From the human T2T-CHM13v2.0 reference genome, Homo sapiens: a DNA stretch of 64,000 bases. Under the pieces are notes generated by a model. It was not told the origin of the DNA and did no database searches. It worked only from the letters and a program-made list of their open reading frames with translations. Location: assembly GCF_009914755.1 (NCBI RefSeq), contig NC_060939.1; one strand, 5' to 3'. Shown here one piece after another: positions 33,371-46,286 of this stretch. Made by a program: the position numbers and the translations under genes. Each line of letters starts with the position of its first letter. The stretch's first letter is position 1.

Positions 33371-33607
33371 AAAGTTAAAATTAAATTAAATGGCTTGAGT
33401 TGACAGGATAGACCATTGTTCACACAACAGGATATCTGTTATTGCCAGAGCACCGCCCAAGGTACAATCTGTGTGTGCCTTGACGGTAATTTTCCTAAAG
33501 GCAAACTAGGTATGAGGTCTCAGTTATTCCTGAATAGGACTAAGAGTCAGGAGGATACAGATGAACTTTCCTCCACCGAGGTATTAATAATTATTTCTTA
33601 AATAAGT

Positions 33608-33675
33608 AGATGGATGGAGGATGGATGGATGGAAGGATGGATGGATGATGGGTAGATGATGATTAGACGGATGGA
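33608..33675 (+). repeat. (GGAT)n degenerate microsatellite
   Basis: GATGGATGGAGGATGGATGGATGGAAGGATGGATGGATG. Confidence 0.85.
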
Positions 33676-34203
33676 CTATCTACTCAGGACCTCTGTTCGT
33701 TCTTCACTATCCTTTAATTTATGGTGGCTTACATCATTTCCTTGTTTCCGCCTTCTATGCTTGCTTCACTCAGAGATGGATCTAACACTGCACTAAAATG
33801 CGTCCCCTGTCTGTCACAGACTATTCTCTCAGCTTGACTTTATACAATTCAAAGGATTCTGCTTCAGACCAGTTCTGTGTGATTAAAGGGCAACAATATT
33901 TCTGGTGCACACTTGTAGATCGTTTATACAAAAATAAAAAGGATAACTGAGACTATGGAAACTGGAAATTATTTGTCCTAATTATGGATAGTAATAGGAG
34001 AGCTTTGTGTTCACTAAACACGCCCGCCCGCTTGGCCCCCAGAGTTACTGAGTTCATCTCTGTTTTTATGTTTTGGCCTGCTATCTGGCCCTCCAGGATA
34101 GTTAACTCATTTTCCATCACTCCTTTCTTGCACTTTCCATTCCCGTTGAACTGAACCACTTGGTCTGATTTTCTTTTTCTTCTCAGTTATCAAGAGAAAG
34201 GTT

Positions 34204-34930
<727 letters not shown>

Positions 34931-35249
34931 TATTTAGCCTGTTTACATTTATCATGATTATTCACATGGTTATTATAAACACTATAACATTTATCATGAT
35001 TATAACACATGCTATGTGTTTTCTATTTCTCCCATCTATTTTTTACTCACATTTCCCTCTTGTTCTTGTTTTTTTTAAGTAATTGGGTATTTTTCATGAC
35101 TCTATTTTTATCTTCTTTGTTGACTTATTAGCTATAACTGTTTGCTTGCTATTTTAGTGGTTGTGTTCGGATTTATAGTATGCACCTTTAACTTATTGCT
35201 TACCTTTAAGTTATATCATATCACTTCATATATAAGAGTCTTACAACAA

Positions 35250-35552
<303 letters not shown>

Positions 35553-35649
35553 CTTACTACAGTATATTTCTATCTCTCCCCTCCGGGCCTTTGTAGTATT
35601 GTTGTTATAGATGTACCTCTACATAATTATTAAATTATTTTTGCTTTAA

Positions 35650-35960
<311 letters not shown>

Positions 35961-37251
35961 AACAGTCAATTATCTTTTAAAGAGACTTAGCTAAGAAGAA
36001 AAAAGTATTTAAATTGTCTATATAGTTGTCATTTCTGGTGCTCTTTATCCTTTAGGTAGATCCATGTTTCCATCTGGTATCATTTTTCTTCTGCTTGTGA
36101 GACTTCCGATAACATTTCTTGCAGAGTTAAGTCTGCTGCTGAGGTTATTCTTTCAGCCTTTGTAGATCTGAAAAAGTATTTCACCTCTGTTTTTGAAAGA
36201 CACTTTCTTTGAGTGTGGATCTCTCATTTGACAGGGCTTTTTGTTTTGTTTTCTGTTTAGTACATTAAAGATGTCATTCCACTGTCTGCTAGCTTGCTCT
36301 GCTTTCATGAGAAATCTTCTGTCATCCTTACCTTCATTTCTCTGTATATAAATGTGTCTTTTTTCTCAGCTGCTTTTGATTAAGTGTGATGTGCCTTGGG
36401 GTTGTTTTTTTTCATGTTTCTGTGCTTGGGTCTGTTAAGTTTCTCAGTTCGGCGAGTTTACAGTTTCCCTCAAACTTAGAACATTTTTGACTAATATTAT
36501 TTTTGGCATACCAGCCCCATTTCAAGGACTCCATTCTCCAATTCCACTTACATTAGGCCACTTGAAGTTATCCCACAGTTCACTGATGCTTTGTTATTCT
36601 CCTCTGCAAAGTATACTGTGTTACTAGTCCTATTGAGTGCAATTTTTCATTTCAGACATTGTAGTTTTCATCTCTAACAGCTCAATTTAGGTTTATTTGA
36701 TATCGTCCATGTCTTTCTGTCATGTTCAGTCTTTCCTCTAGCTTCTTGAAATATGGAATATGTAATAATAACTTTTACAATGTGTTATATACAAATTCTA
36801 TCATCCGTGTTATTTCTGGGTCAGTTTTGACTAATTGACTTTTCTCTTCATTCTAGGTTGAATTTTCCTGCTTTTTTGCATGCCTGGTGCTTTTTGCTTG
36901 AATGCCAAATATTGTCAATTTTACTTTGTTAGATATTGAATAGTATTGTATTCATACAAATATTCTTAAGCTTTGTTCTGGGATGCCATTAAGTTACTTG
37001 GAAAGAGTGTGATCATTTCAGGTCTTACTCTTAAACTTTGTTAGGCCAGGTCAGAGCTGCATTTAATTTAGGGTTAATTTTCCCCCCTCCTACCAATGCA
37101 AGATACTCCTTGGTACTCTAATAAATGCTGCCTGAATTACGAGGTTTTCCACTCTGGCTGCTGGGAAGAGGCATTTTCTGAGGCTCTCTGTGAGTACCCT
37201 CTGAGTACCATTCCCTCAAATCCTTTTGGGTGGCTCTTTATCTGGTTATTG

Positions 37252-37692
37252 GGGCATCAGTTTCCAATTCCTGCTGTAATAAATACCACAAACTTAGTGA
37301 CTTGAAACACCACAAGTGTATTATCCCCAAATCAAGGTGTCAGCAGGGCTACATTCCTTCTGGAGGCTCTAGGGAAGAATCTGTTCCCTGCCTTTTCCAG
37401 GTTTATAGAGGCTGCCTGTACTCCTTGGCTTGTGGCCCCTTCTATTTCAAGGCCAGCAGCATAGCATCTTCAAATCAATCTCTCTCTCTCTCTTAGTCTC
37501 TCTGACCGCTGCTTCTGTCATGTCACATCTTACTCCCTCTTATGATTACACTGGGCCCACCAGGATGATCCAAGGTAACTTTCCATCTCAATCTCCTTAG
37601 CCTAATGGCATGTGCAAAGTTCTTTTTGCCCCGTAAGAGATTCCAGAGATTAGACATAGACGTCTGGGGTGGGAGGGATTATCCAGTCTGTA
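37252..37692 (-). mobile_element. MLT1 (C/D-like) MaLR LTR
   Basis: GCTGTAATAAATACCACAAACTTAGTGACTTGAAAC...TTCCTTCTGGAGGCTCTAGGGAAGAATCTG. Confidence 0.85.
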
Positions 37693-38231
37693 AAATGGTC
37701 CATTACATATGATTCTTGATAGTTACTACACCAATGTCATCTTAGTCTATGTAGCCAACATCATGACACAAACTATTAGTATTTTTTTAAGTGATTTTGT
37801 TTGTTTTCTCAAACTGACCCAGTCTCACAAGTCTGTAACAGCTTAACCTTCCAGAAAGCATGCTCAGCATGACAGAGCTGGGACCATGGAATGCCTTTCT
37901 CTGGCAAACAATAGAGATGCCCAATGATGCTAATCTTCTGTGGTAGGAACAGTCAGGGAGAAACAGTAATTCTTTTAGGCCCATGCAACTTTTGAATGTT
38001 TATATAACTCAAGTTACTTAAGACAACTAATTTGGAGGGCAACTTGACAACATCTAACAAAATTGAAGACATACATACCCTCTGACCCAAGAACTCTGCT
38101 CTAAACATTGACCTTAAAACTCCCACATGTACACGAAGAGACTTATACAAGAAAGTCCATTACAACTTAGTTAGCAGTAGCACAGAATTGGAAACATTGA
38201 TAGGAGGATGGATAAACTGAGATTTAATCAT

Positions 38232-39060
38232 TGTCTGAGTTCTCTAAAAAACAGACTCTGAGACAAAGATACAAGTAGTTTATGTGGGACGTGGTCTCAA
38301 ATGTTTGACAGCAAAATATGATACTAAGGAAGAAGCCAACAAGCCACAAGTTGTGTTCTTGTGGTAGACATGGATGTGCTGCCCAGATTCCCCTTCAGGA
38401 AGCTGCAGGGGTTGGCATCGGCAGAGGGCCTCCAGCTGTCAGCTCCCCCAGGGTCTGCCTCAGCCATAGACAGCAGCCTCACCCAAGGTCATGCCCACTC
38501 CAGGACAGCCCACAGCCAGGGACTGAGCAAGGCGGAGGTATAAAGACCCAGCCATTTGGGTCCACCACGAGACACTCTAATGGGTGCTACTGTACTTGCT
38601 CCCCAGCTCCCTGCAGGTTGGCCAAGGCTTTATCAGGCCAGCGTCACAGTTCTCCTCCTCCTTCTGCCCAGTCCTGTGTTCCCCCATTTCCTTTTGGAGG
38701 TGTTGATTCCTAATAAACATCTTACATCCCAAATTCCAGCTCAGTTTCTGCTTCTGGAAAACCTGGCCTGAGATGATTATCAAGGAAGTTACCACTGTGG
38801 GCAGTGAACAGCAGCTTAATCCTGCTGGGAAATTCTAGGAGGCAGTGTAGAGTGAGGCCTCAGAGTTATCCTCCCTAAGGAGCAAGGGAGCTGGGGTATT
38901 TATCTACCAACTTCCATCAGTCATTGGTGAGGGCTATTCCTGGGGGCTGTTAAATCCCAGGCTTTTGGGCCTGCTCCATGTAGCAACAGATCATGCTCCA
39001 ACAGTCAAGAAAGCCCGTGGACAATGATGTGTGGGTGCTGGCAGTGGGAGCCAGAGAAAT
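38232..39060 (-). mobile_element. LTR33-like ERVL LTR with nested LTR16
   Basis: CAGACTCTGAGACAAAGATACAAGTAGTTTATGTGGGA...GGAGCTGGGGTATTTATCTACCAAC. Confidence 0.6.
38360..38775 (+). mobile_element. LTR16-like ERVL solo LTR
   Basis: TGTGGTAGACATGGATGTGCTGCCCAGATTCCCCTTCAGG...TAATAAACATCTTACATCCC...CTGCTTCTGGAAAACC. Confidence 0.75.
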
Positions 39061-39099
39061 GCTGAGTGCTCAGAGGATATAGGCAGGCAAGACACCAAC

Positions 39100-39560
39100 A
39101 GAGATTGCTACATTCACAGAAAGGAATATTAAACAGCAGTGATGATGAATTAGCTATTTGCATCAATATGGATGAATCTGTCTGCGGCCATACCACCCTG
39201 AACATGCCCAAACTTGTCAATATGGATGAATCTCACCAAAACAATATTGAGTGAAAAAAACAAGGTTCAGAAGAATCTAAACAGTATTATATAAATTGGA
39301 GAAAAATTTAAAACATGCAAAACAAGAATATTTTTAAGAAAGATACACACACACATACATATATATAGCAAAAGTAGAAAAATACGATGAACAGTAAATT
39401 CAGGAGAGTCATAGTATCAACAAAGAGGGAGGGATGGAATGGAATCAGGAATCAGGAGGAGGCCTTGACTACATCTTAAATGTTTTAAATTTTTTGCTGG
39501 GTAGAAGTTACACATATGACCATTATATTATATTCTAATTTTTTTTGTATGTCCAAAATT
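39100..39560 (+). mobile_element. L1ME-like 3' end (host of the 5S insertion)
   Basis: ATGGATGAATCTCA...ATATTGAGTGAAAAAA...GGGTAGAAGTTACACATATG. Confidence 0.65.
39180..39218 (+). pseudogene. Tailless 5S rRNA retropseudogene (5S nt 1-39)
   Basis: GTCTGCGGCCATACCACCCTGAACATGCCCAAACTTGTC vs 5S GTCTACGGCCATACCACCCTGAACGCGCCCGATCTCGTC (33/39); flanked by 17-bp TSD TCAATATGGATGAATCT. Confidence 0.92.
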
Positions 39561-39586
39561 TAAAAAAATAAAACATTGTAATAAAC

Positions 39587-39875
39587 AGGCCAGACTCAGT
39601 GCCTCATACCTGTAATCCTAGCACTTTGGGAGGCCAAAGTGAGAGAATCACTTGAGCCCAGGAGTTGAAGACCAGCCTGGGCAACAGCGAGACCCCATGT
39701 CTACAAAAACTTTAAAAAATTAGCCTGGCATGGTGGCACATGCCTGTAGTCCCAGCTACTTGGGAGGCTGAGGAGGGAGGATCACTTGAGCCCAGGAGTT
39801 TGAGGCTGCAGTGAGTTATGATTGCACTACTTCACTCCAGCCTGGGCAGCAGAGTGAGAACTTAAAAATAATTAT
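39587..39875 (+). mobile_element. Alu (AluJ-like)
   Basis: Dimer; TSD approx. TAATAAACA. Confidence 0.94.
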
Positions 39876-40080
39876 AATAAACAAAGTAAAATCTTATTTA
39901 AAAAATTCAAATGATCTGAAAGACATGAGGATTGGCCATTGTGAAAAAAAAAAGACTTGTTTTGTTTTTAACTAAAAATAGCATTAAGGATATTTTTAAA
40001 TGTAAAAACTCTTTCATGACAAGGGTATAAGAAAATGTGATAGGCGCTACCACTGGAGAGCTGAAATACTTTCAACTTCA

Positions 40081-40083
<3 letters not shown>

Positions 40084-40118
<35 letters not shown>

Positions 40119-40850
40119 TGTTAGGTTCAGGGGTACGTGTGCATGTTTGTTACATAGGTAAACTTGTGTCATGGGGGTTTGTTGTACAGGTTGTTTTGTC
40201 ACTCAGGTACTAGGCCTAGGACCCAGTAGTTATTTTTTCTGATCCTCCCTCTCCTCCCATCCTCCACCCTCTGATAGGCCCCAGTGTGTGTTGGTCCCCT
40301 CTATGTGTCCATGTGTTCTTATCATTTAGCTCCCACTTATAAATGAGAACACACGGTATTTGGTTTTCTGATTCTGTGTTCATTTGCTAAAGATAATGGT
40401 CTTCAGCTCCCTCCATGTTCTTGCAAAGGACGTAATCTCATTCTTTTTATGGCTGCATAATATTCCATGGTGTATATGCACCACATTTTCTTTATCTAAT
40501 CTGCCATTGATGGGCATTTAGGTTAATTCCACGTCTTTGCTATTGTCAACAGTGCTACAGTGAACATACATGTACATGTGTCTTTATGGTAGAATGACTT
40601 ATAGTCCTTTGGGTATATACCCAGTAACGGGATTGCTAGGTTGAATGGTAGTTCTGTTTTTAGCTCTTTGAGGAATCGCCACACTGCTTTCCACAATGGT
40701 TGAACTAATTTACACTCCCACCAACAGTGTATAAGCATTTCCTTTCCTCCACAACCTCACCAGCTGTTATTTAACTTTTTAATAATAGCCATTCTGACTG
40801 GTGTGAGATGGTATCTTATTGTGGTTTTGATTTGAATTTCTCTAATGATC
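40084..40850 (-). mobile_element. L1PA (older subfamily) 3' end, 5'-truncated
   Basis: PolyT, 3'UTR and ORF2 C-terminal remnant (HCWWECKLVQPLWKAVWRFLKELK). Confidence 0.93.
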
Positions 40851-40905
40851 ACACCTTTTTTATTGTTTGAATTGTTTTTAACATGAACAGGTACTGCTTT
40901 ATTGA

Positions 40906-41412
<507 letters not shown>

Positions 41413-41844
41413 TAATTTTAATGGTTACATAATGTTCTGTCTTGTCAATGCACAGTAGTTCACCAACCATTTCCTTATTTGAGATATTTATATTGCTTCT
41501 AAATTTCAGATATTGAAATAACTTTTTGATAAATATACTTGTGGAGGTTTTTATGTTAAATATAGCCTTAGCAGAAACCCCACGGGTGCAATTACTAAGT
41601 CAGAGGGTGTGTCTTTGCCCTGCAACACACAAAGCTTTCCCTTTGATGACGATTGTTTACTTAAAGCCCTGGGGACTCCCAAATGCCTGGGAATCTTCAT
41701 TTTAGACTTAACCTATTTTAGGCTTGGTTTTGTTTTACTGCATTCTCAGGAGAGCAAAGGAGACAGCTGGGAGCAGATGGGCAAATCCCAGTTTGCCCAA
41801 AGAAATGTCTATTTTCCAAGGGGCATGAAGAATTTAGGAATAAA

Positions 41845-42060
41845 GCAGATCTGATTTCTAATTCTGACTTTGCTACTGGCAAATTGTGTGGACTCAGGAA
41901 AGTGACCGGCCCTCTTTAAGACTCAGTGTGCTTACCTCTGAAATGGAGCTGTCAATCACATCTGCCTCACAGGCTTGTTCTGAGGATGAAGTGAGAAAAT
42001 GCCCACGAGGTGCTGGTTGCAGCAGCTGGTGCATAGTAAGTACTCAGTGGATATGAGCTG
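41845..42060 (+). mobile_element. MIR
   Basis: CTCAGTGTGCTTACCTCTGAAATGGAG...CTCACAGGCTTGTTCTGAGGATGAAGTGAGA. Confidence 0.65.
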
Positions 42061-43698
42061 GTCCTAAGTAAGGTCAGCAAAAACGCTCTTCCCACAGACC
42101 CCGAGAAAGCAGAGTCCTGAATGAGGGGCTAGGGGAGTTGCCTTCCAGCTGATATTTCTCAATGGCTGTAATGCTGGTGAGAATTAAATAATTGGAGGAA
42201 GCAGGGGGAGAGAGAGAATGGAAAGAATCTTCTCTGGAACTACCAGCCTGTATTCTTTGCATTTCCATATCTAGCATGGAAATGAGAGAAAAACTGATGT
42301 GTATTGAGCAACTATAATGTCCCAGGTGCTTCACGTGCATTTTCTCCCCAGGCCTCCCTGCAGGGGTGAGGGAAGACTGCAAAGGTACAAGAATGGATGT
42401 TGAGGCTGTCCAGGCATCTCGCGTCTGAATGCGCGAGATGCTAGCCCTGCATCTCCCAGCTGGAGAACTGCACTCAGTTTGTCTCCTCATCTGTAAGTTG
42501 GCGAATGATCATTGTGCTGGGAATAAATCATTTTTATAAAGCGCCGGGCACATAGTAAGCACCGGCAGTAGCTATAATGAGCAGCTTGCCCCAGGTCACC
42601 CAGAAAGTGGCAGCACTGAGACTGGGGCTGGGTCTCCTGCCTCCGGAGCCCACATTTTTTCCACTGAATCACATTTACCTCTATACAAATGCCCATGGTC
42701 CGTGTGATACAAAATACTTGAGAAATACTTCTATGGTGATTCAAGAAAAGAATTATTCTGGGCCCTTTGTACTGTGTTTCAAGTGCTCTGTAATCAAAGA
42801 ATTCATCCCTCCAGTCATTTCTGAAAGCTTCCCTTCTTTTTCAGGAGCTTAAAAAGGATGCAGTCCCAAAACATAGAAGGATTTACTCCAGATCCAAGCA
42901 ATGAGTCAGGAACAGAAAGCCTGATGCCCTCACCTGGAACTCTCCCTCCTCCCTGGATGAGGACCTTCCCCAGAATTGCAGGGCACCCACACAAGACCAA
43001 GCAAGTTCAGAGAAAATTGAAACCTGACTTTAGAGCCTCTGGGATGTTCACTACACCTCATTGAACCTGTTTGGTTCACAGGTAAGGAAACCGAGGCCCA
43101 GTCAGTCACTTTGGTCACGACTGCTCCTGGCGTTAGTGTCTGAGAGAAAATTACTAACCACCCTTGTGCTTCTGGTAAACAGTGTTTGAGGTTTAGTGTC
43201 AATGTGAGCAGTCGTATATGAGAACATCTCTGGCTGTGCAGCTAATTACCACCTTTCTAAAGTAATCTCTGCCTGAAATGTACTGTGGCTGGAGCAGTTC
43301 AATTTCAGCATTGAATATGAAGTGACCATGGGCTCCGCAGGCACACAGGGATCCAAATTAGGAGAAAGTTGTTCCACTTGTCAACATGGAAGGAAGCGTT
43401 GTGTATTTCTTCTTTGTGGTGCCAGATTTAGCACAGGGAGGCTTCTGCCGGATAATTCGTCTTTGCAGTCGTCCTTATAGGAGGGTCTTAGCCCACCACA
43501 CTAGGTTATTTTCAGCCTGGTGAAGCAAAGAGGGAACACTAGTAGCAGAAGACCAGGCTGAAGGAATTGTCTCTGCCCATGATAGGTAACAAATGGGTTT
43601 TGTGGTTCTGAGCCTCAATTCTAGAAAATGGGTGCATTAATATTTACTGTATCTAGACCTAAAGCTTTAAATAACATCTGTAGACTGAAGCCTCCTAA

Positions 43699-43794
43699 CA
43701 ACCTAACACCACTATTTTCATTTTCATTAATTCATTTTCCAGACCTTGCTCACACACATACACACTTTGCTAAGTTGCAATCATATCACACATG
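43699..43794 (+). repeat. 96-bp direct copy of 40932-41027
   Basis: 92/96 identical by hand alignment. Confidence 0.93.
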
Positions 43795-43875
43795 ATATAT
43801 GTGAATCAAGTGTGATTCATATATACGACCGGATTCTAGATTCATACATACGACTGTCTACTAGACCCTGCTCTT

Positions 43876-44017
43876 GAGACCCAGCTCCCATCTCACTGCT
43901 GCCGCTTTCTTGATCTGGGGCAAGTTACCAATCACAGCTACCACTGGGCTCTACTACGTGTCGGGAGCTTTATAAACATGATTTCTTCCTAGCACAATCA
44001 TCATTCCTCATTTTACA
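43876..44017 (-). repeat. Inverted copy of 42492-42636 (MIR-derived composite)
   Basis: About 75-80% identity by hand alignment across a shared MIR/MIR junction. Confidence 0.8.
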
Positions 44018-44279
44018 ATAGTCAACATGCAAAAATGAAGCTTTCCATTTCCTGCCCCCGAAACCTGCTCCTCCCCTCATCTGCCTCTTCTCTGTGACAC
44101 CATTGGTTTGCATCCACCTGCTCAGGCCAAAGACCCAGGAGGCCTAACTCCGCTCCCCTCCTCTCCTGCTCCACACTTTTAATCCATCTGCAAGTCCTGC
44201 CAGCTTTACCTGCAAAACACATCCAGAACCTGACCCTTTCTCGCCACATACACTATGTCCACATAACTCCTGCCACCGC

Positions 44280-44945
44280 TTTATGAAAATAATATTTTTA
44301 AATGCAAAAAATAACATACAGAGAATTATAAAGGAAACCAATCATATTAACATCTATTTACCAAAATATTTTAAAGAATAGATTTATGAGATATTAATGT
44401 ATGTGCTTTGTTATTACCACATTAAATAAAAAGATCTGGTGGCAAGTCTAATAACTATTATAATTCCAAAGTAGTGATAAGTATAAGCAATATTTCCAGA
44501 GAGCTGCAGGGACTGGATGTAATGTGATATAAAAACATCTGTGATTTCTAGTGGTGACAAAGTCCCAGGCACTGCTCATATTATTGTAGTTTGTTGCCTA
44601 CATTTATCATTGAAAAGAGTGCTAAAACCTAGTTAGAGGCCGGGTGCAGTGGCTCGTGCCCGTAATCCCAGCACTTTGGGAAGCTCAGGCGAGCGAATCA
44701 CTTGAGGCCAGGAGTTCAAGACCAGCCTGGCCAACATGGCAAAACCCTGTTTCTACTAAAAATATAAAAATTAGCCAGGCGTGGTGATGCACACCTATAA
44801 TCCCAGCTACTCAGGAGGCTGAGGCATGAGAATCACTTGAACCCAGGGACGGGGCGGAGGTTACAACGAGCCAGGATCCTGCCACTGCACTCCGGCCTGG
44901 GCAACAGAGCCAAACTCACCCTAGTTAGAGGTTCATGAAAATAGT
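44280..44945. mobile_element. Charlie1-like hAT transposon fragment with Alu insertion
   Basis: ATCTGTGATTTCTAGTGGTGACAAAGTCCCAGG...TTTGTTGCCTACATTTAT matches recalled Charlie1. Confidence 0.7.
44638..44917 (+). mobile_element. Alu (AluS-like) lacking a polyA tail
   Basis: Dimer ends GCAACAGAGCCAAACTC, followed almost directly by TSD CCTAGTTAGA. Confidence 0.93.
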
Positions 44946-44948
44946 CTT

Positions 44949-44952
<4 letters not shown>

Positions 44953-44994
<42 letters not shown>
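44953..44994 (+). repeat. (AC)21 microsatellite
   Basis: Uninterrupted AC run. Confidence 0.95.
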
Positions 44995-44996
<2 letters not shown>

Positions 44997-45333
44997 CCCC
45001 CACTTAGAAGCACATAAACACACACACTCATACACCCACATACATATTCCTCCACTTAGAAGTACACAAACTCCCTACAGTCTGGTTGAGAACACGTGAC
45101 TGAGTGCACACCGCAGGCGTCCCTGGCCTGGGTGTTTGCAGCAACCTCCCGATGCACCTCCAGGCATCCAGTCTGGCCTCCTCCAGTCCATTCTCAGCTT
45201 GGCAGTCCCAATGACTCCCTCCCTGTGGATGTCATATTATATCACTGTCCTACTTCGAACCCTCCAACAATAGCCCATCACCATATGTAAAATCCAAAGT
45301 CCTCACCACAACCAATGAGGCCCCAGATCATCT

Positions 45334-46018
45334 GGAAACCGCCTTTGCAAAAATTATATCAGTGAGAAAAATTATAACAGTAAGCTAAGCTAAACCTCCC
45401 CCAATCTTGCCTTTCCTTTAATTATTCCTGGACTGTTGGGCTGAGCTAAATTTGGAAGACATTTAGGCTACAGTGTAAATAATAGGCCTTGTGCCAAACT
45501 CAACTGCTTTTGTAAAGCTAATGGGAGGCCATCAGGCTTGGGGGAGGAGAGAAGCCTGAATCCCGCTAAGGTGCGGATATAAACATTGTCAGCCATTATT
45601 CGGGAGGTTATAAGATATGCAGCTTGCCCAATTAGTCCTGCAAATAACACCACTATTGTAGATTGGCCTTTTCAGATATCTTTCCAGGCTTTATCCATGT
45701 CTGACACCCATGGCTCCATCTGGACTGCCAACTCCACTCCTGTGGCCCCACCCAGGAGTGATTCAGCCTTTCAAAGGACAGCTTTGACCCCCACTGATTT
45801 CATTTCCACCCCAACAAATCAGCAGTAAGCACCTATTACCTGGTCTTCCCCCAAACTGCCTTTGAAAAACCCCTAACTTAGAAGCTTCACACGATTTGAG
45901 TCCAGATTCCATCTCCCACATGGCGTGGTCAGGCTTGTGTCTATCATACTCTTTCTCTACTACAATGCTGTGGTCTTTGTTTATGCAGTGAGCAGGAAGA
46001 ACCCCTCAAGCAGTTACA
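45334..46018 (+). mobile_element. ERV1 solo LTR (LTR8/LTR26-like) inserted in L2
   Basis: GAAACCGCCTTTGCAAAAATTATATCAGTGAGAAAA...CAGTTACA; TSD ATCT/GTCT. Confidence 0.8.
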
Positions 46019-46286
46019 GTCTGGACCCTGGCTACCTCCCCGTCCTCATTTCCACCACCCTCCCCTCACTCATTTCACACCCTTCTGCCCAACGCTGTTT
46101 CTCTCTCCAGTACCCACCTGGCTCCTTCACTCCTTTGGGGCCTCTGTTCAAATGTCACCTGCTCAGAGAGGCCTACTCCGATCCCCCCTTCCCCATGTAA
46201 AACAGTCCCCCCTCCCAGTCACACTCTACACTCAGACCCTGCTTTCTGGTCCTACTGAGATGCATTTGTATGTTTCTGTGTCTTTG

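Noticed and set aside
34945-35012. Short tandem duplication ACATTTATCATGATTAT (similar case at about 53458-53500)
   Set aside because: An ordinary slippage duplication inside an old repeat, with no further structure.
40523-40738. HCWWECK-containing ORF
   Set aside because: It is the C-terminal remnant of a 5'-truncated L1PA ORF2.
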